Assembly (NCBI GenBank): GCA_033763015.1 | Contig: JANRLA010000031.1 | Coordinates: 1-60,955 of the forward strand | Reading direction: 5' to 3' | Length of the DNA stretch: 60,955 nucleotides | Origin: Bacteroidia bacterium | GTDB taxonomy: Bacteria > Bacteroidota > Bacteroidia > J057 > JANRLA01 | Part shown: positions 26,672 through 36,055 of the stretch, piece after piece | How the letters are laid out: each line of letters begins with the position of its first letter | Numbering within the stretch: the stretch's first letter is position 1 | Made by a program: the position numbers and the translations under genes | Notes under the pieces: model-generated | Seen by the model: the letters and a program-made list of their open reading frames with translations, nothing else | Database searches by the model: none | What the model was told of the DNA's origin: nothing

Positions 26672-27517
26672 ATGTTTACCTCGCCGCAGGAGTTAGACCT
26701 CGAACTTGATCGGGATGAGCTCGATCGGTTCATCCACGAAGTACGCGCCAAGTACAGCTACGACTTTGCCAACTACGCCCAGTCGTCGTTCAAGCGGCGG
26801 GTAGCCATGGTGCTCAAAAAGCACGGCATCAAGAGCCTGAATTACCTGACCGACCGGGTGCTGGCCGATGCCGTTTTTTTTGACCAGGTACTCCTCGACA
26901 TCACGGTCAATACGACCGAGATGTTCCGTGACCCGACCTTCTGGAAGTACCTACGCCTATATGTATTGCCTGAGCTGGCCAAGCGGCCCGAGCTCGCCAT
27001 CTGGCATGCCGCCTGCTCCAGTGGCGAGGAGGTGCTTTCCATGGCCATTCTACTCAAAGAAGAGGGCCTCTTCGACCGGGCACGGGTCTACGCCACCGAC
27101 ATCAACCATAAGGTACTTAAGCGTGCGGCCGACGGGCGTTACGCTGCGCGCAACCTTGAGCTGTTCCGCACCAATTACCTGGCCACGGGCGCCAAGACCC
27201 AACTGGAGGCGTACTACCAGTTGCAGGGGGGCGACCCGGTGTTTGACCGCGGGCTGCTCGAGCGGGTAAACTTTCGGCCCCACGACCTGGCGTTAGATGG
27301 GTCGTTTGGCAAGTTCGACCTCGTTTTTTGCCGGAACGTGATGATCTATTTCAACCAGACGCTGCAAAACCGGGTATTTGAACTGCTGCACGACAGCCTG
27401 TTTCTGGGCGGCTTTTTGGCCCTGGGCGCCAAAGAGAGCCTGATCTGGTGCCGTATCGCCGATAAGTTTCAGACCGTAAGCGACCACGAAAAGATCTACC
27501 GCAAGCTGCGGGCCTAG
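26672..27517 (+). CDS. CheR-type protein-glutamate O-methyltransferase
   Basis: CheR N-terminal helical domain, TEMFRDP, and SAM-binding IWHAACSSGEEVLSMAI and FCRNVMIYF. Confidence 0.88.
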   Translation: MFTSPQELDLELDRDELDRFIHEVRAKYSYDFANYAQSSFKRRVAMVLKKHGIKSLNYLTDRVLADAVFFDQVLLDITVNTTEMFRDPTFWKYLRLYVLPELAKRPELAIWHAACSSGEEVLSMAILLKEEGLFDRARVYATDINHKVLKRAADGRYAARNLELFRTNYLATGAKTQLEAYYQLQGGDPVFDRGLLERVNFRPHDLALDGSFGKFDLVFCRNVMIYFNQTLQNRVFELLHDSLFLGGFLALGAKESLIWCRIADKFQTVSDHEKIYRKLRA

Positions 27518-27523
27518 TACGCC

Positions 27524-28156
27524 ATGATTGTCATTGGCAGCCCCAGCGGCAGCAGCAAACCCAATGTGCTGGGCGACCTGACCGAAGCCCGGGCCCGTGT
27601 GCAGGTGGTGCTCATCGGCGGTTCGGCGGGCAGCTTCAGCGTTACCCACCGGTTGTTGGAGCAGTTGCCGGCCGATTACCGCCTGCCCGTTGTGGTGGTC
27701 TTGCACCGGCTGAAAGACAAACGGGAGGGCTTTAAAGAGGCCCTGCAGATCCGCACCCGTGTAGTGGTGGAAGAGCCCGACGACAAGACCCTTGTCGAAC
27801 CCGGCAAGGCGTACATCGCACCGGCGAACTACCACCTGCTCTTCGAAACCCCCCAGCAACTGGCACTGGCGACGACCGAGTTGGTGCAGTTCTCGCGGCC
27901 CTCGATCGATGTGCTCTTCGAGTCGGCCGCCGATGTGCTGGGGCCCCGTGTGCTGGCCATTTTGCTCTCGGGGGCCAACCGCGATGGGGCAGCGGGCATG
28001 TACCGCATTGGCCGACGGGGTGGTTTTTTGGCGGTGCAGGACCCCGCCGATGCTGCCATGCCCACCATGCCGCAAGCGGCGCTGCAGCTTAGTAAGCCCA
28101 CCTGGACGCTCCCCGAATACCAATTGGCCGAGCTGCTGTGCGGATTGCAGGCCTGA
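27524..28156 (+). CDS. CheB-type protein-glutamate methylesterase, catalytic domain only (no receiver)
   Basis: VVLIGGSAGSF, VVVLHRL, AYIAPANYHL, SRPSIDVLFESAA and LSGANRDGAAG. At 210 aa there is no room for a REC domain. Confidence 0.85.
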   Translation: MIVIGSPSGSSKPNVLGDLTEARARVQVVLIGGSAGSFSVTHRLLEQLPADYRLPVVVVLHRLKDKREGFKEALQIRTRVVVEEPDDKTLVEPGKAYIAPANYHLLFETPQQLALATTELVQFSRPSIDVLFESAADVLGPRVLAILLSGANRDGAAGMYRIGRRGGFLAVQDPADAAMPTMPQAALQLSKPTWTLPEYQLAELLCGLQA

Positions 28157-28305
28157 GCCGTGCTACTTTTTGTGCCCAAACATTCGTTTCAGGTGCCTTT
28201 TTTCACATTTTTAGGGGCCCGCGATTTCATCTGCCGTGGCTATGTGGATAACACGTGGGCGAAACAAAGTCATTTTACAGGCCAGAGGAACGGGGTTGTT
28301 TTTTG

Positions 28306-28313
28306 TATATTCG
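28306..28313 (+). promoter_or_regulatory. candidate -7 box TATATTCG upstream of the SiaB/SiaC-like cassette
   Basis: Lies 65 nt upstream of the ATG at 28379 in a 222-bp T-rich spacer after cheB. Confidence 0.35.
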
Positions 28314-28378
28314 TCGCAACTTCGCCTCTCCCAACGATTTAGCCCTCGGCTTGTAACGCCGTATCGCTCCCCGAGCTC

Positions 28379-28969
28379 ATGAACGACACGCCGGCAGTGC
28401 CACATACGTCCGACGAAAGACAGCTGTCTTTTACGTACCCTACGTTTAAGGACATGCAGGACAACAATGTGATATTTGTTTACAAAGGCATTGTCAATTC
28501 TGACCTCGTGACGCATGTCCTGGAGATGATGTCCGAAAAAATGGAAGAGGACAAACAGGATCGCAGGTTATCGAAAAAGGTGTTTAACGTGATGGTAGAA
28601 TGCCTTACCGGCGCCTACACCGACGAAGCGCTGGAGGGCAAAGAAGGCTACGACCCCACCACGGTGCTGCTCGTTAAGCGCGACGACACCGCCTATGTAG
28701 TGGCCACCGGGTACTACATCCACAACCCCAAGGTGCAGACCATCAAGCACATGCTCGACCGCATCAACGGCATGAGCATCGAGGAGATGAAAGAGTTTTA
28801 CCAGGAAGTTATCAGCCGCGAAGACCCCGGGGCTACTGGCTTCACTGATCTGGCGATTATAGACCTGGCGCGGAAAAGCAAACACAAGCTTCAATACCAG
28901 TTCAAGTACATCTCGCCAGAGTTTACGTTCTTCAGCCTCGAATCGAGGATATCACAGCAAAGTCTCTAA
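28379..28969 (+). CDS. SiaB-like (DUF6272-type) putative protein kinase, copy 1
   Basis: NNVIFVYKGIVNSDLVTHVLEMM and KKVFNVMVECL resemble the SiaB/anti-sigma-kinase-like family that partners with DUF1987 proteins. It is a paralogue of 29443..29991. Confidence 0.65.
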   Translation: MNDTPAVPHTSDERQLSFTYPTFKDMQDNNVIFVYKGIVNSDLVTHVLEMMSEKMEEDKQDRRLSKKVFNVMVECLTGAYTDEALEGKEGYDPTTVLLVKRDDTAYVVATGYYIHNPKVQTIKHMLDRINGMSIEEMKEFYQEVISREDPGATGFTDLAIIDLARKSKHKLQYQFKYISPEFTFFSLESRISQQSL

Positions 28970-28993
28970 TTTTACGCCAAACACCCACGGGTT

Positions 28994-29377
28994 ATGCTAG
29001 AGCCGCTCAAAATTGAACCCACCCACAAGACCCCTAAGGTCTACCTGGATCCCGCCGAAAATCATTTCGAGCTCAGTGGGCGTTCCATCCCCGAAGATTC
29101 GGTTGGTTTCTACCAGCGAATCCTCGGTTGGATCGATGAGTATGCCCAGAGCCCAAACGCTAAGACAGACTTCAAGTTTGAGCTGGAGTACTTCAACACG
29201 AGCTCCTCGAAGAACATCCTCGAGCTGCTCAAGAAGCTCGAGAGCATTCACAACGACGGCCACCCGGTCAATATCACCTGGTACTACGATGAGGATGACG
29301 AGGACATGGAGGAAACGGGACAGGACTACAAGGCCCTGCTCAACGTACCCATTGAGCTAATTGTGAAAGTATACTAG
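28994..29377 (+). CDS. SiaC-like (DUF1987) regulatory phosphoprotein, copy 1
   Basis: PKVYLDPAENHFELSGRSIPED, EYFNTSSSK and ITWYYDEDDEDMEETG are hallmark DUF1987 motifs. Confidence 0.8.
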   Translation: MLEPLKIEPTHKTPKVYLDPAENHFELSGRSIPEDSVGFYQRILGWIDEYAQSPNAKTDFKFELEYFNTSSSKNILELLKKLESIHNDGHPVNITWYYDEDDEDMEETGQDYKALLNVPIELIVKVY

Positions 29378-29442
29378 GTACTACCTACCAGTCCGGCCCA
29401 AACTACCAAGCTAAACTACCCAGCTAACTACATCGTCCTGCC

Positions 29443-29991
29443 ATGACGTACAGCTATTACAAGAACATGCAGCTGAACAACATCATTTTCGTCTACCAGG
29501 GCGAAGTGACAGCTGACTTGGTCTCCTCCATACTGCACATGATGGAAAACAAGCTGGATGGCGACGGTGAGGACAAAAAAATCAAGAAGAAGGTCTTCAA
29601 CGTGATGGTAGAGTGCCTCCAAAACGTCTACCACCACCTGGATACCCTGCCCGTAGGCCAAGTAGAAACCGACATCAACGACCGCACCGCGCTACTGATG
29701 ATCGGCAAAGAAGAGAAAGACTACTACGTGATTACCGGCAACCACATTGAGAACGACCGGATCAACGACCTGAAACGCAAGCTGGAGCGGGTAAACCAGG
29801 CCGACAAGCAGGAGCTCAAGGCGCTGTACCAGGAAATCCTTTCCAACGAATCGTTTTCTGAGAAAGGCACTGCAGGTTTGGGCATGATCGACATTGCCCG
29901 CAAGAGCGGCCAGAAACTTGGGTACGACTTCCACCCCGTGAACGAAAAATATTCGTTCTTTAGCCTCGAAGCCAAGGTATCCCGCGTGTAA
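29443..29991 (+). CDS. SiaB-like (DUF6272-type) putative protein kinase, copy 2
   Basis: NNIIFVYQGEVTADLVSSILHMMENKL, KKVFNVMVECLQNVYHH and GLGMIDIARKSGQKL. Confidence 0.7.
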   Translation: MTYSYYKNMQLNNIIFVYQGEVTADLVSSILHMMENKLDGDGEDKKIKKKVFNVMVECLQNVYHHLDTLPVGQVETDINDRTALLMIGKEEKDYYVITGNHIENDRINDLKRKLERVNQADKQELKALYQEILSNESFSEKGTAGLGMIDIARKSGQKLGYDFHPVNEKYSFFSLEAKVSRV

Positions 29992-30047
29992 TTTCAACGA
30001 GTCAAAAACCCGGTTCTACCTCCACCAGCGCGCAATACTTACCCCGG

Positions 30048-30422
30048 ATGAGAAACCTGATTATTGAGCCCACGGCCAAGACCCCTAAAGTGATCCTGAA
30101 TGCGGATATCAACGTGTTCGAGATCACCGGGCGCTCCATTCCCGAGGACTCCATTGGTTTTTACCGCAAGATCCTGGACTGGGTCGACGAGTACGGACAA
30201 AGCCCCAACCCGCGTACCAACTTCAAGTTTGAGCTGGAATACTTCAACACCAGTTCGTCTAAGTGCCTGCTGGACCTGTTCCGTAAGCTTGAAAAGCTCT
30301 ACAAAAGCGGCCATGACGTAGAAATTACGTGGTGCTACGACGCCGACGATGAGGATATGGAGGAAACCGGCGAGGACTACAAAGCCCTGCTCGACGCCCC
30401 CTTCAACCTGGTTTCGGTGTAA
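30048..30422 (+). CDS. SiaC-like (DUF1987) regulatory phosphoprotein, copy 2
   Basis: PKVILNADINVFEITGRSIPED, EYFNTSSSK and ITWCYDADDEDMEETG. By eye it is roughly 60 percent identical to copy 1. Confidence 0.8.
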   Translation: MRNLIIEPTAKTPKVILNADINVFEITGRSIPEDSIGFYRKILDWVDEYGQSPNPRTNFKFELEYFNTSSSKCLLDLFRKLEKLYKSGHDVEITWCYDADDEDMEETGEDYKALLDAPFNLVSV

Positions 30423-30443
30423 GCCTGGTACAGATTTTGTAGC

Positions 30444-30472
30444 AAAAACGCGTAGTCACCCTACGCGTTTTT
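30444..30472. terminator. rho-independent (bidirectional) terminator ending the SiaB/SiaC cassette
   Basis: AAAAA-CGCGTAG-TCACC-CTACGCG-TTTTT. Confidence 0.6.
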
Positions 30473-30493
30473 GCGTAAGTGATGGCTGTGGAA

Positions 30494-30501
30494 TACTTTT
30501 G
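30494..30501 (+). promoter_or_regulatory. -7 box TACTTTTG
   Basis: Perfect TAnnTTTG, 70 nt upstream of the ATG at 30572. Confidence 0.4.
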
Positions 30502-30571
30502 CGGAACGCAAGGCATCCCACACCTGTATACTTGCACTAATTACTTTACCACCTAGCTCAGGTCACACCCG

Positions 30572-31021
30572 ATGGAACTCAAGTCCAAGAAAAAAGCCGA
30601 CGCTTTTGCAGTTGAAATCGAGTTCTTGACTGAAGCGCGCGCGCGCCTCGATACGCTTTCTTCGGCCGATGAACTCCGTAGCGCGTATGCTACGGTACTC
30701 GAAGAGTACGAGAAACTGCTCGAAGAGAGCAAGTTTTTGACCAAAGTGTCAGACAAGCTCGAGTCGAAGCTGAACTCGGCCAACGAGCAGCTCAAAAAAT
30801 ACAACCAAGAGCTGCAGTCTGAAACCGAAGTTGCGCGCACCCAGAAAGATAAAGTACTCGAGAAGAACAAGCAGCTCTACCAGGAGAAGTCTGAGCTTGA
30901 CTACCGGATGAACCGGTTCCAGCTTACGCTCATTATTCTTATCGCCGTTCTGGTGGTGATTATCTTGATCATGCTGTACTACTTCTACTTCAAGGACAAG
31001 CTGATGCCTGCCAGCCGGTAA
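30572..31021 (+). CDS. tail-anchored coiled-coil protein
   Basis: About 110 aa of heptad-like Glu/Lys/Leu-rich sequence, then a single C-terminal TM helix LTLIILIAVLVVIILIMLYYFYF. It has its own promoter and terminator. Confidence 0.65.
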   Translation: MELKSKKKADAFAVEIEFLTEARARLDTLSSADELRSAYATVLEEYEKLLEESKFLTKVSDKLESKLNSANEQLKKYNQELQSETEVARTQKDKVLEKNKQLYQEKSELDYRMNRFQLTLIILIAVLVVIILIMLYYFYFKDKLMPASR

Positions 31022-31030
31022 CCAACACAG

Positions 31031-31056
31031 GGCCCTCGGCAGCGAGGGCCTTTTTT
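31031..31056 (+). terminator. rho-independent terminator
   Basis: GGCCCTCG-GCAG-CGAGGGCC followed by TTTTTT. Confidence 0.65.
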
Positions 31057-31098
31057 GTTTGTGCCGGGCACAGCTCTAGCAACTGAACTTCCTAAACC

Positions 31099-31106
31099 TA
31101 TATTCG
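31099..31106 (+). promoter_or_regulatory. candidate -7 box TATATTCG
   Basis: TATATTCGCG lies 27 nt upstream of the ATG at 31134. Confidence 0.35.
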
Positions 31107-31133
31107 CGGCCACTTACAAACTGGCCTCTACAC

Positions 31134-31355
31134 ATGTATTGGACTCTTGAGCTGGCTTCTCACCTGGAGGACGCCCCCTGGCCTGCCACCCGCGACGAGC
31201 TAATTGACTATGCACTGCGTACCGGCGCACCGTTAGAGGTGGTCGAAAACCTGCAGGAACTCGTCGAAGACGATACCCCCTACGAGAGCATCGAGGAGAT
31301 CTGGCCCGACTACCCTACCAAAGAGGACTTCCTCTTCAACGAAGACGAGTATTAG
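31134..31355 (+). CDS. DUF2795 domain protein
   Basis: The 73-aa acidic protein contains WPATRDELIDYALRTGAPLEVVENLQEL, typical of DUF2795. Confidence 0.7.
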   Translation: MYWTLELASHLEDAPWPATRDELIDYALRTGAPLEVVENLQELVEDDTPYESIEEIWPDYPTKEDFLFNEDEY

Positions 31356-31391
31356 GGCACCCCACACCCGTTAGGGTGTTATCTGTGGCAT

Positions 31392-33596
31392 ATGGGGGCT
31401 ACCCAGCAGCGCACCTACCACTTGTTGGGGCTTACCTGCATCAGTTGCAGCGAAGCGGCTACCGAAAACCTACGCAGGCATCCCGGGGTCACCTCGGCGC
31501 AGGTGCACTTTAGTACCGCCAGCGCTGAGGTGACGTACGACCCCCAGCTCACGACGTTTGAGCAGCTGCAGGCCGGGCTGGCACAGCTGGGCTACACCCT
31601 TCTGGAGGATACCCAGTTGGTGACGGACGCCCGTAAGCGTCAGCTACGGCGGTTACGGGCGCAGGTCGTACTCGCGGGTGGGGTAGGGCTCCCGTTTTGG
31701 GTTGCCGACCTGGCGGGCCTGCATGTACCGGGCATAGCGTGGGCGGCCTGGGTACTGGGCCTGGTGGTCGTTGCGACGGCCGGCCGTCAGTTTTACGTCG
31801 GGGCGTACACCCAGCTGCGCCAAGGCAGTGTCTCAATGGATCTGCTAATCGCCCTGGCGGTGGGGGCCATGGTTGTGCTGGGCGGGTGGCTGCTACTGGG
31901 CCCCAACACCGCGCACGCCGGGCCGGTGCTGCACAACGAGAGCCCTGCGATGGTGCTGTTTTTCGTGCTGTTGGGCCGCTACCTCGAAGAGCGCGCCAAG
32001 GGCCAGCCCACCACCGACCTCGACACGGTTGTGGCAGGCTGGCGCCAACAGACGGTGACAGTGCTAGCGGGCGAAGCGCGCCGGGAGGTCACTGCCGAGG
32101 CCCTGGTGCCCTTCGACCAGGTGGAGCTGCCTACCGGCGCGCGCATCCCCGTAGACGGCGTGGTGGTCTCGGGCAGCGGCTATGTCGACGAAAGCACCCT
32201 AACCGGCGAGCCTACGCCCGTGACCAAGCGGGTGGGCGATGCCGTTTCGGCCGGTACGGTTGTCGGCGCCGGGCCACTGGTGGTACAGGCCCAGCGGGTG
32301 GGGGAGCAAACCGCCCTCATGCGCTTCGTACGGGCTGTACGCCAGGCTCAGGCCTCACGCAGTGCTACCCAGCACCTCATCGACCGCTGGGTTAAATGGT
32401 ACGTGCCTGCGGTGGCGCTGCTGGCACTGCTGGCCGGTGTAGGCTGGTCGGTGTGGGGCGGCAGCTCGGGCGCCGGTACCGGTATCATCACCGCGTTAAC
32501 TACGCTTATTGTATCATGCCCCTGTGCACTGGGGCTGGCAACCCCTGTTGCGCTCAAGCACGGCATAGACGCCGCAGCCACCCAAGGGCTATTGGTGACC
32601 CACGCCGGGGCGCTGGTGGCCGCGGGCAAAACCACTACCGTGGTCTTTGACAAGACCGGCACGCTCACCCAGGGCCAGCCTGTGGTGGAGGGCTTTACCG
32701 TACCCAGCGCCCACCAGGGGCAGAGCGGTACGTTTTTGCCGGCGCTCGCTACCCTGGCAAGCCAAAACCTGCACCCGCTTAGCCGTGCGCTGGCACGGCA
32801 CTTTACCGCGCATCACATTCAGCCGGTGTACCTGGCGGGGGTGACCGAGCATGCGGGGCTTGGGGTGAGTGGCAGCCGCGAAGGGGTGGTGCTGCACCTG
32901 GGCAGCCCTGCCTGGCTACGAAGCCTGGGCTACTGCTTTGAGCCCGAACTGGAGGCCAAGCTCGAAACCTACGCGCGCCAGAGCTGGTCGGTGGTGGTGG
33001 GCGGCTACGGGGGCGATGCCGTGCTGGCCGTCGGGTTTGCAGACCCCTTGAAGCCAGAGGCTCGCAGCGTCGTGGCCGCCTTGCAGGCCCAGGGCCTTGA
33101 GACCATTGTACTTACGGGCGATGGCCAGACGACCGCCCAGGCCGTCGGCGCCCAACTGGGTATCGACCACGTGGTGGCCAACCAGACCCCTGAGGCCAAA
33201 GCCGAGTACTGCCGGAGCCTGCGGGCAGCGGGCAAGCGGGTAGCCGTAGTGGGCGATGGCCTGAACGATGCCGTGGCCCTGGCCCAGGCCGAGGTTAGCA
33301 TCGCCATGGCCACGGGCATGGACGTTAGCCGCTACGCGGCGGGCATTGTCGCTGTGGGGGGCTCGCTGCGGGGGCTGCCCGCCCTCGTGCAGCTGAGCCG
33401 CAGGGTGAACCGGATTGTGCGGCAGAACCTGATCCTGGCCCTGGGCTACAACCTGGTGGCGCTGCCCTTGGCCCTGGGGCTGTTCTACCCGGTGCTGATG
33501 CTACCCACGGTTGCGGCAGTTGCGATGGCGGCCAGTTCATTGGCGGTGGTGCTCAACGCCAATCGGCTGCGCGGCATGGGGCCTCGGCGGGCTTAG
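31392..33596 (+). CDS. copA: heavy-metal (Cu/Ag-type) translocating P1B-type ATPase
   Basis: N-terminal HMA domain with the CxxC motif [13 protein letters not shown] motif ([11 protein letters not shown]), phosphorylation site DKTGTLT, and the hinge [10 protein letters not shown]. Confidence 0.9.
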   Translation: MGATQQRTYHLLGLTCISCSEAATENLRRHPGVTSAQVHFSTASAEVTYDPQLTTFEQLQAGLAQLGYTLLEDTQLVTDARKRQLRRLRAQVVLAGGVGLPFWVADLAGLHVPGIAWAAWVLGLVVVATAGRQFYVGAYTQLRQGSVSMDLLIALAVGAMVVLGGWLLLGPNTAHAGPVLHNESPAMVLFFVLLGRYLEERAKGQPTTDLDTVVAGWRQQTVTVLAGEARREVTAEALVPFDQVELPTGARIPVDGVVVSGSGYVDESTLTGEPTPVTKRVGDAVSAGTVVGAGPLVVQAQRVGEQTALMRFVRAVRQAQASRSATQHLIDRWVKWYVPAVALLALLAGVGWSVWGGSSGAGTGIITALTTLIVSCPCALGLATPVALKHGIDAAATQGLLVTHAGALVAAGKTTTVVFDKTGTLTQGQPVVEGFTVPSAHQGQSGTFLPALATLASQNLHPLSRALARHFTAHHIQPVYLAGVTEHAGLGVSGSREGVVLHLGSPAWLRSLGYCFEPELEAKLETYARQSWSVVVGGYGGDAVLAVGFADPLKPEARSVVAALQAQGLETIVLTGDGQTTAQAVGAQLGIDHVVANQTPEAKAEYCRSLRAAGKRVAVVGDGLNDAVALAQAEVSIAMATGMDVSRYAAGIVAVGGSLRGLPALVQLSRRVNRIVRQNLILALGYNLVALPLALGLFYPVLMLPTVAAVAMAASSLAVVLNANRLRGMGPRRA

Positions 33597-33703
33597 CCTC
33601 TTGAAACTACCCACAGGTTACGCCCAGTACGGGCCTAGGAGAGGCGGTTTCGGGGGGCAAAAAATTCTTCGGCATAGGTTTTGCCAAGTGCGGCCCCTCA
33701 GGC

Positions 33704-33711
33704 TATCTTTG
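33704..33711 (+). promoter_or_regulatory. -7 box TATCTTTG for the tRNA-tuf operon
   Basis: Perfect TAnnTTTG, 16 nt upstream of the tRNA-Thr 5' end. A TTG at 33681..33683 lies about 20 nt upstream (-33-like). Confidence 0.5.
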
Positions 33712-33727
33712 CCACTCAATTTTTTGC

Positions 33728-33800
33728 GCCTCCTTAGCTCAGTTGGTAGAGCTACTGATTTGTAATCAGTAGGTCGCTGGTTCGAGTCCGGCAGGGGGCT
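33728..33800 (+). tRNA. tRNA-Thr (anticodon TGT)
   Basis: GCCTCCTTAGCTCAGTTGGTAGAGCTACTGATTTGTAATCAGTAGGTCGCTGGTTCGAGTCCGGCAGGGGGCT folds as a cloverleaf. Confidence 0.9.
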
Positions 33801-33932
33801 CAAGAAACGGGCAACGGCCCACTTAGCCTCGGCGCGCCGGGGTACGTTCTTTCACAGTCAGCAGCCAGGGGTACGGCCAGTCGTTGTAGGCTACCCAGTG
33901 GGCAACGTGGGTCAACCCGCGCAGACAAGTAG

Positions 33933-34015
33933 GGGAAGGTGCCGGAGCGGTCAAACGGAGCAGACTGTAAATCTGCCGGCGTCAGCCTACGGGGGTTCGA
34001 ATCCCTCCCTTCCCA
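33933..34015 (+). tRNA. tRNA-Tyr (anticodon GTA)
   Basis: Type II tRNA with a long variable arm. Anticodon loop CTGTAAA and T-arm GGGGGTTCGAATCCCTC. Confidence 0.88.
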
Positions 34016-34070
34016 CTCATACCGCGTTGGTTCACCTAGGGTACAGACGCTCGCCCTAGGGTTTACACCC

Positions 34071-34143
34071 GCGGGAGTAGCTCAGTTGGTAGAGCTTCTG
34101 CCTTCCAAGCAGAATGTCGCGAGTTCGAGTCTCGTCTCCCGCT
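34071..34143 (+). tRNA. tRNA-Gly (anticodon TCC)
   Basis: GCGGGAGTAGCTCAGTTGGTAGAGCTTCTGCCTTCCAAGCAGAATGTCGCGAGTTCGAGTCTCGTCTCCCGCT folds as a cloverleaf. Confidence 0.9.
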
Positions 34144-34253
34144 CGTTCGGTCCTAGCCCACTTCAGCCTATCCAATGGTAGGGCTGTAACCCTGGCGGCT
34201 TTTCCAAGTCGGTGCTGTGCCCCGTTGCGGGTCATTCGCACGCCTTGCAATAA

Positions 34254-34328
<75 letters not shown>

Positions 34329-34438
34329 GAAGTATGTGCTGGCCGCCTACCGGTTGTTCGGGAAGCGTTCAGCCGACCTGTACAAGCCACATTATCCGTT
34401 ACCATCACCCGTACTAAACCCTACCCCTTCACAGCAAC

Positions 34439-35626
<1,188 letters not shown>

Positions 35627-35694
35627 GACACGCGCGTAACCGAACGTAACCGGAGCGCTGGGGTGCTACATGGCCCCCAAGGCTCCGGTTACTT

Positions 35695-35770
<76 letters not shown>

Positions 35771-35822
35771 AATATGCCTGCCTGATGGGTAGGAATTGTA
35801 GTAGACAAACGAAACACACCCC

Positions 35823-36017
35823 ATGAACCGACTGCGCACCTGGCTGAACCTGTACCGCGAAGAGCTGGTGAACAAAGTGCAGTGGCCCAAAGCCGAATCG
35901 TTGCAAGGTGACACCATTACGGTGTTGGTCGCCTCGCTGATTCTAGCGTTGGTCATTGCCTTGCTCGACTTTGCCTTCAGCAACGGCATGGGCCTGGTGT
36001 ACGGTTTGTTCGAATAA
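35823..36017 (+). CDS. secE: preprotein translocase subunit SecE
   Basis: 64 aa, single TM helix, ELVNKVQWP motif, and the conserved position between tRNA-Trp and nusG. Confidence 0.88.
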   Translation: MNRLRTWLNLYREELVNKVQWPKAESLQGDTITVLVASLILALVIALLDFAFSNGMGLVYGLFE

Positions 36018-36055
36018 TGGGGATTGAGGGTAGAGAGGTAAACACACGCGAAGCG

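Larger units (their letters stand above)
28379..30422 (+). repeat. diverged tandem duplication of a two-gene (SiaB-like + SiaC-like) module
   Basis: The gene pair 28379..29377 is paralogous to the pair 29443..30422. For example, TTCAAGTTTGAGCTGGAGTACTTCAACAC at 29171 matches TTCAAGTTTGAGCTGGAATACTTCAACAC at 30222 (28 of 29 nt). Confidence 0.75.

Noticed and set aside
27293-28123. 276-aa ORF antisense to cheB and the cheR 3' end. Also 25236..26078 and 25732..26238 antisense to the ABC ATPase, 13044..13841 antisense to the permease, 6117..7022 and 7023..7622 antisense to the M28 peptidase, and 9227..9964 antisense to kdsA.
   Set aside because: All are shadow ORFs opposite genes with clear family motifs.
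26672-28156. Interpretation as a conventional chemotaxis operon
   Set aside because: No cheA, cheW, cheY or MCP genes are nearby, CheB lacks its receiver, and the inferred lineage is non-flagellated. It is therefore reported as an atypical methylation module instead.
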